Shown piece after piece: positions 12,279 through 24,500 of a stretch of DNA of 45,027 nt. The position numbers and the translations under genes are program-made. Position 1 is the first letter of the stretch. Each line of letters starts with the position of its first letter. The notes under the pieces were generated by a model. The model had not been told where the DNA came from, searched no databases, and was given only the letters and a program-made list of their open reading frames with translations. Source of the DNA: Nemertoderma westbladi (taxonomy: Eukaryota > Animalia > Xenacoelomorpha); the NCBI GenBank assembly GCA_032718475.1, contig JAUCBJ010000364.1, forward strand, positions 1 to 45,027, read 5' to 3'.

Positions 12279-15200
12279 GGTACTTGTGTGTGGTGTATAC
12301 TGTACACTGTAAGTACTGGACATTGATTGTGTGTGGTGTATACTGTACACAGTAAGTACTGTACGTTACTTGTGTGGTGGTGTATACTGTACACAGTAAG
12401 TACTGTACGTTACTTGTGTGGTGGTGTATACTGTACACAGTAAGTACTGGACATTGATTGTTTGTGGTGTATACTGTAGACAGTAAGTACTGGACGTTGA
12501 TTGTGTGTGGTGTATACTGTACACAGTAAGTACTGGACATTGATTGTTTGTGGTGTATACTACACTGTAAGTACTGGACGTTGATTGCGTGTGGTGTATA
12601 CTGTACACAGTAAGTACTGGACGTTGATTGTGTGGTGGTGTATACTGTACACAGTAAGTACTGGACATTGATTGTGTGTGGTGTATACGACACAGTAAGT
12701 ACTGGACGTTGATTGTGTGTGGTGTATACTGTACACAGTAAGTACTGGACATTGATTGTTTGTGGTGTATACTACACTGTAAGTACTGGACGTTGATTGC
12801 GTGTGGTGTATACTGTACACAGTAAGTACTGGACGTTGATTGTGTGGTGGTGTATACGACACTGTAAGTACTGGACGTTGATTGTGTGGTGGTGTATACT
12901 GTACACAGTAAGTACTGGACATTGATTGTGTGTGGTGTATACTGTACACAGTAAGTACTGTACGTTACTTGTGTGGTGGTGTATACTGTACACAGTAAGT
13001 ACTGTACGTTACTTGTGTGGTGGTGTATACTGTACACAGTAAGTACTGGACATTGATTGTTTGTGGTGTATACTGTAGACAGTAAGTACTGGACGTTGAT
13101 TGTGTGTGGTGTATACTGTACACAGTAAGTACTGGACATTGATTGTTTGTGGTGTATACTACACTGTAAGTACTGGACGTTGATTGCGTGTGGTGTATAC
13201 TGTACACAGTAAGTACTGGACGTTGATTGTGTGGTGGTGTATACTGTACACAGTAAGTACTGGACATTGATTGTGTGTGGTGTATACGACACAGTAAGTA
13301 CTGGACGTTGATTGTGTGTGGTGTATACTGTACACAGTAAGTACTGGACATTGATTGTTTGTGGTGTATACTACACTGTAAGTACTGGACGTTGATTGCG
13401 TGTGGTGTATACTGTACACAGTAAGTACTGGACGTTGATTGTGTGGTGGTGTATACTGTACACAGTAAGTACTGGACATTGATTGTGTGTGGTGTATACG
13501 ACACAGTAAGAACTGGACGTTGATTGTGTGTGGTGTATACTGTACACAGTAAGTACTGGACGTTGATTGTGTGGTGGTGTATACTGTACACAGTAAGTAC
13601 TGGACATTGATTGTGTGTGGTGTATACGACACAGTAAGTACTGGACGTTGATTGTGTGTGGTGTATACTGTACACAGTAAGTACTGTACGTTGATTGTGT
13701 GTGGTGTATACTACACTGTAAGTACTGGACATTGATTGTGTGTGGTGTATACTGTACACTGTAAGTACTGGACGTTGATTGTGTGTGGTGTATACGACAC
13801 AGTAAGTACTGGACATTGATTGTGAGTGGTGTATACTACACTGTAAGTACTGTACGTTGATTGTGTGGTGGTGTATACGACACAGTAAGTACTGGACATT
13901 GATTGTGTGTGGTGTATACTACACTGTAAGTACTGGACGTTGATTGTGTGGTGGTGTATACGACACTGTAAGTACTGGACGTTGATTGTGTGTGGTGTAT
14001 ACTGTACACTGTAAGTACTGTACGTTGATTGTGTGGTGGTGTATACGACACAGTAAGTACTGGACATTGATTGTGAGTGGTGTATACTACACTGTAAGTA
14101 CTGGACGTTGATTGTGTGTGGTGTATACTACACTGTAAGTACTGGACGTTGATTGTGTGTGGTGTATACTGTACACAGTAAGTACTGTACGTTGATTGTG
14201 TGTGGTGTATACTACACTGTAAGTACTGTACGTTGATTGTGTGTGGTGTATACTACACTGTAAGTACTGTACGTTGATTGTGTGGTGTATACTGTACACA
14301 GTAAGTACTGTACGTTGATTGTGTGGTGGTGTATACGACACAGTAAGTACTGGACATTGATTGTGAGTGGTGTATACTACACTGTAAGTACTGTACGTTG
14401 ATTGCGTGGTGGTGTATACGACACAGTAAGTACTGGACATTGATTGTGTGTGGTGTATACGACAGTGTACGTACTGGACGTTGATTGTGTGTGGTGTATA
14501 TTGTACACAGTAAGTACTGGACATTGATTGTGTGTGGTGTATACGACAGTGTACGTACTGGACGTTGATTGTGTGTGGTGTATATTGTACACAGTAAGTA
14601 CTGTACATTGATTATGTGGTGGTGTATACTACACTGTAAGTACTGGACGTTGATTGTGTGGTGGTGTATACGACACTGTAAGTACTGGACGTTGATTGTG
14701 TGTGGTGTATACTGTACACAGTAAGTACTGGACATTGATTGTGTGTGGTGTATACTGTACACAGTAAGTACTGTACGTTGATTGTGTGGTGGTGTATACT
14801 ACACTGTAAGTACTGGACATTGATTGTGTGTGGTGTATACGACACTGTAAGTACTGGACGTTGATTGTGTGTGGTGTATACTGTACACAGTAAGTACTGT
14901 ACGTTGATTGTGTGGTGGTGTATACTACACTGTAAGTACTGTACGTTGATTGTTTGTGGTGTATACTACACTGTAAGTACTGGACATTGATTGTGTGTGG
15001 TGTATACGACACTGTAAGTACTGGACGTTGATTGTGTGTGGTGTATACTGTACACAGTAAGTACTGGACGTTGATTGTGTGTGGTGTATACTGTACACAG
15101 TAAGTACTGTACGTTGATTGTGTGGTGGTGTATACTACACAGTAAGTACTGTACGTTGATTGTTTGTGGTGTATACTACACTGTAAGTACTGAACGTTGA

Positions 15201-17113
15201 TTGTGTGTGGTGTATACTACACTGTAAGTACTGGACGTTGATTGTGTGTGGTGTATACTGTACACAGTAAGTACTGTACGTTGATTGTGTGGTGGTGTAT
15301 ACTACACAGTAAGTACTGTACGTTGATTGTTTGTGGTGTATACTACACTGTAAGTACTGAACGTTGATTGTGTGTGGTGTATACTACACTGTAAGTTCTG
15401 TACGTTGATTGTGTGTGGTGTATACTGTACACAGTAAGTACTGGACATTGATTGTGAGTGGTGTATACTACACTGTAAGTACTGGACATTGATTGTGTGT
15501 GGTGTATACTACACTGTAAGTACTGGACGTTGATTATGTGGTGGTGTATACTACACTGTAAGTACTGTACGTTGATTGTGTGTGGTGTATACTACACTGT
15601 AAGTACTGGACATTGATTGTGTGTGGTGTATACGACACTGTAAGTACTGGACGTTGATTGTGTGTGGTGTATACTGTACACAGTAAGTACTGTACGTTGA
15701 TTGTGTGGTGGTGTATACTACACAGTAAGTACTGTACGTTGATTGTTTGTGGTGTATACTACACTGTAAGTACTGAACGTTGATTGTGTGTGGTGTATAC
15801 TACACTGTAAGTTCTGTACGTTGATTGTGTGTGGTGTATACTGTACACAGTAAGTACTGGACATTGATTGTGAGTGGTGTATACTACACTGTAAGTACTG
15901 GACATTGATTGTGTGTGGTGTATACTACACTGTAAGTACTGGACGTTGATTATGTGGTGGTGTATACTACACTGTAAGTACTGTACGTTGATTGTGTGTG
16001 GTGTATACTGTACACTGTAAGTACTGTACGTTGATTGTGTGGTGGTGTATACGACACAGTAAGTACTGGACATTGATTGTGAGTGGTGTATACTACACTG
16101 TAAGTACTGTACGTTGATTGTGTGGTGGTGTATACGACACAGTAAGTACTGGACATTGATTGTGTGTGGTGTATACGACAGTGTACGTACTGGACGTTGA
16201 TTGTGTGTGGTGTATATTGTACACAGTAAGTACTGTACATTGATTATGTGGTGGTGTATACTACACTGTAAGTACTGGACGTTGATTGTGTGGTGGTGTA
16301 TACGACACTGTAAGTACTGGACGTTGATTGTGTGTGGTGTATACTGTACACAGTAAGTACTGGACATTGATTGTGTGTGGTGTATACTGTACACAGTAAG
16401 TACTGTACGTTGATTGTGTGGTGGTGTATACTACACTGTAAGTACTGGACATTGATTGTGTGTGGTGTATACGACACTGTAAGTACTGGACGTTGATTGT
16501 GTGTGGTGTATACTGTACACAGTAAGTACTGTACGTTGATTGTGTGGTGGTGTATACTACACTGTAAGTACTGGACATTGATTGTGTGGTGGTGTATACT
16601 GTACACAGTAAGTACTGTACGTTGATTGTGTTTGGTGTATACTACACTGTAAGTACTGGACATTGATTGTGTGGTGGTGTATACTGTACTGTAAGTACTG
16701 GACGTTGATTGCGTGTGGTGTATACTGTACACTGTAAGTACTGTACGTTGATTGTGTGTGGTGTATACTACACTGTAAGTACTGGACATTGATTGTGTGT
16801 GGTGTATACTGTACACAGTAAGTACTGTACGTTGATTGTGTGTGGTGTATACGACACAGTAAGTACTGTACGTTGATTGTGTGTGGTGTATACTGTACAC
16901 AGTAAGTACTGTACGTTGATTGTGTGGTGGTGTATACTACACTGTAAGTACTGGAAGTTGATTGTTTGTGGTGTATACGACACTGTAAGTACTGTACGTT
17001 GATTGTGTGTGGTGTATACTGTACACAGTAAGTACTGTACGTTGATTGTGTGTGGTGTATACTACACAGTAAGTACTGGACGTTGATTGTGTGTGGTGTA
17101 TACTACACTGTAA

Positions 17114-18577
17114 CATCATAGTAGACATGTACCGAACAACAAGAGTCCCACAAGAAATGAAAACAAATAAGTTGGTGCCAGTTCCCAAGAAGGGCAACCT
17201 AACACTCTATGGTTCTTTTCGGGGAATCTCATTGATCTCGATTGCTGCAAAGCTATACAATAGGATTCTATTAAATCGCATCAGGGATCCCATTGAGAGA
17301 CTGCTCCGTGGAAATCAGAATGGGTTCCGTAAAGGTCGTGGGACCATGGAGCCCATTTTGGCACTTAGAAGGATAATTGAAGAGTTATCAAAAAAGAAAG
17401 ACAGGCATCTGGCTGTTATCTTTGTTGACTTCTTCAAGGCCTTTGATTCAGTCTCTCGCTCACGTATGTTCAGCATACTTTCATTATATGGGATTCCTGA
17501 TGAAATTATTGCAGCAATCAGATCAGTATACGATGGTTCGACAACATTTGTGTCTACTGTTGACGGTGACACAGAACCATTTGAAGTGTTATGGGGCGTC
17601 CTCCAAGGAGACACACTTGCACCATTCTTGTTCATTATTGTGGTTGACTATGTTCTACGCATGTCCTTAGATCATCATAATGATGATGGGGTGATGATAA
17701 CTCCACCTACTGGCTCCAGAAGTCGAGGAAATCCTGCCAAGTACCTAACTGATCTAGACTTTGCTGATGACTTAGGAGTACTATCAGAATCATTAGAGGG
17801 AGCCCAACGGCTCCTCAGCTCATTAGAACATGCTGCTTCTAGTGTTGGTCTTTTTATTAACTCCAGAAAGACCAAAATTCTGACAGTTAACTTTGAAAGT
17901 CCTCAGCAAGTCTCTGATCGGATGAGCATAAGCTCAAAGGATGGTATGCTTGAGCATGTGGACGACTTCTGTTACCTGGGATCATGGATCCGGAAGTCAG
18001 GTGAGGACCTTCGAATACGTAAGGGAAAGGCATGGACAGCCTTGAATAGGCTTTCCAGGATTTGGAAGTCACCGAGAATTAATCGGAAACTTAAGGTCCG
18101 ATTATTTAGAGCAGCAGTAGTTCCAGTACTCCTCTACGGGAGTCCATGCTGGGCTCTAACTGCTGAGGACACCAAATCTCTGGATGGCACATTCACAAGA
18201 ATGCTACGCCGGGTTCATTGTGTCAAGTACAATGCACACATCTCCAACCAGACACTATATAACATTGGAGGTGTCTCATTGGTTCCCCCAAGCTTGACAC
18301 TAGAACAAAATCGCCTCCGCTTTGCAGGACATTGCTTTCGCCGTGAGGACCAGCCAGTGCATAATCTTGTACTTTGGCAGCCTCATGGAGTGAATAAGCA
18401 TGGTGGACAGCCCATGACTTTCTTGAGACGCATCTTAAAGGACACTGGCCTTAAAGATGCGGAAGATCTAGCAAATGTCATGGGTGATAGGGAGTTGTGG
18501 CGGTGCAATTTTGTTGACAAGCCGGCACAGCATTCTTAAAAATGCAGCTGCAATGCAGCATGCCGATCATAGTAGTA
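17114..18577 (+). mobile_element. 5'-truncated RTE-clade non-LTR retrotransposon with uninterrupted RT domain (copy 1)
   Basis: Motifs PVPKKG, FRGISL, QNGFRKGRGT, FVDFFKAFDSV, GVLQGDTLAPFLF, LDFADD, FCYLGSWI and the RTE-type C-terminal LRFAGHCFRR. Stop at 18537-18539, then a 38-bp 3' end finishing in TAGTAGTA. No APE endonuclease is present. The listed ORF start (17091) lies in satellite. Confidence 0.95.
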
Positions 18578-20042
18578 CTGGACATTGATTGTGTGTGGTG
18601 TATACTACACTGTGAGTACTGGACATTGATTGTGTGTGGTGTATACTACACTGTAAGTACTGGACGTTGATTGTGTGTGGTGTATACTACACTGTAAGTA
18701 CTGGACGTTGATTGTGTGTGGTGTATACGACACAGTAAGTACTGGACATTGATTGTGTGTGGTGTATACTGTACACAGTAAGTACTGTACGTTGATTGTG
18801 TGTGGTGTATACGACACAGTAAGTACTGGACATTGATTGTGTGTGGTGTATACTGTACACAGTAAGTACTGTACGTTGATTGTGTGTGGTGTATACTGTA
18901 CACAGTAAGTACTGGACGTTGATTGTGTGGTGGTGTATACTACACTGTAAGTACTGGACATTGATTGTGTGTGGTGTATACTACACTGTAAGTACTGGAC
19001 GTTGATTGTGTGGTGGTGTATACGACACTGTAAGTACTGGACGTTGATTGTGTGTGGTGTATACTGTACACAGTAAGTACTGGACATTGATTGTGTGTGG
19101 TGTATACTGTACACAGTAAGTACTGTACGTTGATTGTGTGGTGGTGTATACTACACTGTAAGTACTGGACATTGATTGTGTGTGGTGTATACGACACTGT
19201 AAGTACTGGACGTTGATTGTGTGTGGTGTATACTGTACACAGTAAGTACTGTACGTTGATTGTGTGGTGGTGTATACTACACTGTAAGTACTGGACATTG
19301 ATTGTGTGGTGGTGTATACTGTACACAGTAAGTACTGTACGTTGATTGTGTGTGGTGTATACGACACTGTAAGTACTGGACGTTGATTGTGTGTGGTGTA
19401 TACTACACTGTAAGTACTGGACATTGATTGTGTGTGGTGTATACTGTACACAGTAAGTACTGTACGTTGATTGTGTGTGGTGTATACGACACAGTAAGTA
19501 CTGTACGTTGATTGTGTGTGGTGTATACTGTACACAGTAAGTACTGTACGTTGATTGTGTGTGGTGTATACGACACTGTAAGTACTGGACATTGATTGTG
19601 TGTGGTGTATACTGTACACAGTAAGTACTGTACGTTGATTGTGTGGTGGTGTATACTACACTGTAAGTACTGGAAGTTGATTGTTTGTGGTGTATACGAC
19701 ACTGTAAGTACTGTACGTTGATTGTGTGTGGTGTATACTGTACACAGTAAGTACTGTACGTTGATTGTGTGTGGTGTATACGACACAGTAAGTACTGTAC
19801 GTTGATTGTGTGTGGTGTATACTGTACACAGTAAGTACTGTACGTTGATTGTGTGGTGGTGTATACTACACTGTAAGTACTGGAAGTTGATTGTTTGTGG
19901 TGTATACGACACTGTAAGTACTGTACGTTGATTGTGTGTGGTGTATACTGTACACAGTAAGTACTGTACGTTGATTGTGTGTGGTGTATACTACACAGTA
20001 AGTACTGGACGTTGATTGTGTGTGGTGTATACTACACTGTAA

Positions 20043-21506
20043 CATCATAGTAGACATGTACCGAACAACAAGAGTCCCACAAGAAATGAAAACAAATAAG
20101 TTGGTGCCAGTTCCCAAGAAGGGCAACCTAACACTCTATGGTTCTTTTCGGGGAATCTCATTGATCTCGATTGCTGCAAAGCTATACAATAGGATTCTAT
20201 TAAATCGCATCAGGGATCCCATTGAGAGACTGCTCCGTGGAAATCAGAATGGGTTCCGTAAAGGTCGTGGGACCATGGAGCCCATTTTGGCACTTAGAAG
20301 GATAATTGAAGAGTTATCAAAAAAGAAAGACAGGCATCTGGCTGTTATCTTTGTTGACTTCTTCAAGGCCTTTGATTCAGTCTCTCGCTCACGTATGTTC
20401 AGCATACTTTCATTATATGGGATTCCTGATGAAATTATTGCAGCAATCAGATCAGTATACGATGGTTCGACAACATTTGTGTCTACTGTTGACGGTGACA
20501 CAGAACCATTTGAAGTGTTATGGGGCGTCCTCCAAGGAGACACACTTGCACCATTCTTGTTCATTATTGTGGTTGACTATGTTCTACGCATGTCCTTAGA
20601 TCATCATAATGATGATGGGGTGATGATAACTCCACCTACTGGCTCCAGAAGTCGAGGAAATCCTGCCAAGTACCTAACTGATCTAGACTTTGCTGATGAC
20701 TTAGGAGTACTATCAGAATCATTAGAGGGAGCCCAACGGCTCCTCAGCTCATTAGAACATGCTGCTTCTAGTGTTGGTCTTTTTATTAACTCCAGAAAGA
20801 CCAAAATTCTGACAGTTAACTTTGAAAGTCCTCAGCAAGTCTCTGATCGGATGAGCATAAGCTCAAAGGATGGTATGCTTGAGCATGTGGACGACTTCTG
20901 TTACCTGGGATCATGGATCCGGAAGTCAGGTGAGGACCTTCGAATACGTAAGGGAAAGGCATGGACAGCCTTGAATAGGCTTTCCAGGATTTGGAAGTCA
21001 CCGAGAATTAATCGGAAACTTAAGGTCCGATTATTTAGAGCAGCAGTAGTTCCAGTACTCCTCTACGGGAGTCCATGCTGGGCTCTAACTGCTGAGGACA
21101 CCAAATCTCTGGATGGCACATTCACAAGAATGCTACGCCGGGTTCATTGTGTCAAGTACAATGCACACATCTCCAACCAGACACTATATAACATTGGAGG
21201 TGTCTCATTGGTTCCCCCAAGCTTGACACTAGAACAAAATCGCCTCCGCTTTGCAGGACATTGCTTTCGCCGTGAGGACCAGCCAGTGCATAATCTTGTA
21301 CTTTGGCAGCCTCATGGAGTGAATAAGCATGGTGGACAGCCCATGACTTTCTTGAGACGCATCTTAAAGGACACTGGCCTTAAAGATGCGGAAGATCTAG
21401 CAAATGTCATGGGTGATAGGGAGTTGTGGCGGTGCAATTTTGTTGACAAGCCGGCACAGCATTCTTAAAAATGCAGCTGCAATGCAGCATGCCGATCATA
21501 GTAGTA
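20043..21506 (+). mobile_element. 5'-truncated RTE-clade non-LTR retrotransposon (copy 2)
   Basis: Same translated ORF and the same 5' and 3' junctions as copy 1, at offset 2929. Confidence 0.95.
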
Positions 21507-24500
21507 CTGGACATTGATTGTGTGTGGTGTATACTACACTGTGAGTACTGGACATTGATTGTGTGTGGTGTATACTACACTGTAAGTACTGGACGTTGAT
21601 TGTGTGTGGTGTATACTACACTGTAAGTACTGGACGTTGATTGTGTGTGGTGTATACGACACAGTAAGTACTGGACATTGATTGTGTGTGGTGTATACTG
21701 TACACAGTAAGTACTGTACGTTGATTGTGTGTGGTGTATACGACACAGTAAGTACTGGACATTGATTGTGTGTGGTGTATACTGTACACAGTAAGTACTG
21801 TACGTTGATTGTGTGTGGTGTATACTGTACACAGTAAGTACTGGACGTTGATTGTGTGGTGGTGTATACTACACTGTAAGTACTGGACATTGATTGTGTG
21901 TGGTGTATACTACACTGTAAGTACTGGACGTTGATTGTGTGGTGGTGTATACGACACTGTAAGTACTGGACGTTGATTGTGTGTGGTGTATACTGTACAC
22001 AGTAAGTACTGGACATTGATTGTGTGTGGTGTATACTGTACACAGTAAGTACTGTACGTTGATTGTGTGGTGGTGTATACTACACTGTAAGTACTGGACA
22101 TTGATTGTGTGTGGTGTATACGACACTGTAAGTACTGGACGTTGATTGTGTGTGGTGTATACTGTACACAGTAAGTACTGTACGTTGATTGTGTGGTGGT
22201 GTATACTACACTGTAAGTACTGGACATTGATTGTGTGGTGGTGTATACTGTACACAGTAAGTACTGTACGTTGATTGTGTGTGGTGTATACGACACTGTA
22301 AGTACTGGACGTTGATTGTGTGTGGTGTATACTACACTGTAAGTACTGGACATTGATTGTGTGTGGTGTATACTGTACACAGTAAGTACTGTACGTTGAT
22401 TGTGTGTGGTGTATACGACACAGTAAGTACTGTACGTTGATTGTGTGTGGTGTATACTGTACACAGTAAGTACTGTACGTTGATTGTGTGTGGTGTATAC
22501 GACACTGTAAGTACTGGACATTGATTGTGTGTGGTGTATACTGTACACAGTAAGTACTGTACGTTGATTGTGTGGTGGTGTATACTACACTGTAAGTACT
22601 GGAAGTTGATTGTTTGTGGTGTATACGACACTGTAAGTACTGTACGTTGATTGTGTGTGGTGTATACTGTACACAGTAAGTACTGTACGTTGATTGTGTG
22701 TGGTGTATACTACACAGTAAGTACTGGACGTTGATTGTGTGTGGTGTATACTACACTGTAAGTACTGGACATTGATTGTGTGTGGTGTATACTACACTGT
22801 AAGTACTGGACATTGATTGTGTGTGGTGTATACGACACAGTAAGTACTGTACGTTGATTATGTGGTGGTGTATACTACACTGTAAGTACTGGACGTTGAT
22901 TGTGTGGTGGTGTATACGACACTGTAAGTACTGGACGTTGATTGTGTGTGGTGTATACGACACTGTGAGTACTGGACGTTGATTGTGTGGTGGTGTATAC
23001 GACACTGTAAGTACTGGACGTTGATTGTGTGTGGTGTATACGACACTGTAAGTACTGGACGTTGATTGTGTGTGGTGTATACTGTACACAGTAAGTACTG
23101 TACGTTGATTGTGTGGTGGTGTATACTACACTGTAAGTACTGGACGTTGATTGTGTGGTGGTGTATACGACACTGTAAGTACTGGACGTTGATTGTGTGT
23201 GGTGTATACGACACTGTAAGTACTGGACGTTGATTGTGTGTGGTGTATACTGTACACAGTAAGTACTGTACGTTGATTGTGTGGTGGTGTATACGACACT
23301 GTAAGTACTGGACGTTGATTGTGTGTGGTGTATACTGTACACAGTAAGTACTGTACGTTGATTGTGTGTGGTGTATACTACACTGTAAGTACTGGACATT
23401 GATTGTGTGTGGTGTATACTGTACACAGTAAGTACTGTACGTTGATTGTGTGGTGGTGTATACGACACAGTAAGTACTGTACGTTGATTATGTGGTGGTG
23501 TATACTACACTGTAAGTACTGGACGTTGATTGTGTGGTGGTGTATACGACACTGTAAGTACTGGACATTGATTGTGTGTGGTGTATACAGTACACTGTAA
23601 GTACTGTACGTTGATTGTGTGGTGGTGTATACTGTACACAGTAAGTACTGTACGTTGATTGTGTGGTGGTGTATACTGTACACAGTAAGTACTGGACATT
23701 GATTGTGTGTGGTGTATACGACACTGTACGTACTGGACGTTGATTGTGTGTGGTGTATACGACACTGTAAGTACTGGACGTTGATTGTGTGTGGTGTATA
23801 CGACACAGTAAGTACTGTACGTTGATTGTGTGTGGTGTATACTGTACACTGTAAGTACTGGACGTTGATTGTGTGTGGTGTATACTACACTGTAAGTACT
23901 GGACGTTGATTGTGTGGTGGTGTATACGACACTGTAAGTACTGGACATTGATTGTGTGTGGTGTATACTGTACACAGTAAGTACTGTACGTTGATTGTGT
24001 GGTGGTGTATACTACACTGTAAGTACTGTACGTTGATTGTGTGTGGTGTATACTGTACACAGTAAGTACTGTACGTTGATTGTGTGGTGGTGTATACGAC
24101 ACTGTACGTACTGGACATTGATTGTGTGTGGTGTATACTGTACACAGTAAGTACTGTACGTTGATTGTGTGGTGGTGTATACTACACTGTAAGTACTGTA
24201 CGTTGATTGTGTGTGGTGTATACTGTACACAGTAAGTACTGTACGTTGATTGTGTGGTGGTGTATACGACACTGTACGTACTGGACATTGATTGTGTGTG
24301 GTGTATACTGTACACAGTAAGTACTGTACGTTGATTGTGTGGTGGTGTATACGACACTGTAAGTACTGGACATTGATTGTGTGTGGTGTATACTGTACAC
24401 AGTAAGTACTGTACGTTGATTGTGTGGTGGTGTATACTACACTGTAAGTACTGTACGTTGATTGTGTGTGGTGTATACTGTACACAGTAAGTACTGTACG

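Larger units (their letters stand above)
16790..22710. repeat. Tandem segmental duplication with a 2929-bp period (RTE plus ~1.47 kb of satellite D)
   Basis: ORF-track pairs are offset by 2929. The rare ggaagttgattgtttg variant occurs at 16953/19882 and 19672/22601. Boundaries are approximate. Confidence 0.9.

Noticed and set aside
17315-18072. Small overlapping or antisense ORFs within the RTE (and their duplicates at +2929)
   Set aside because: Shadow frames of the RT coding sequence.
17091-21468. RT as a retron, DGR, group II intron or telomerase-like enzyme that templates the neighbouring repeats
   Set aside because: The motifs are those of an RTE-clade LINE. The copies are 5'-truncated with no native start, and an empty site shows they inserted into pre-existing satellite.
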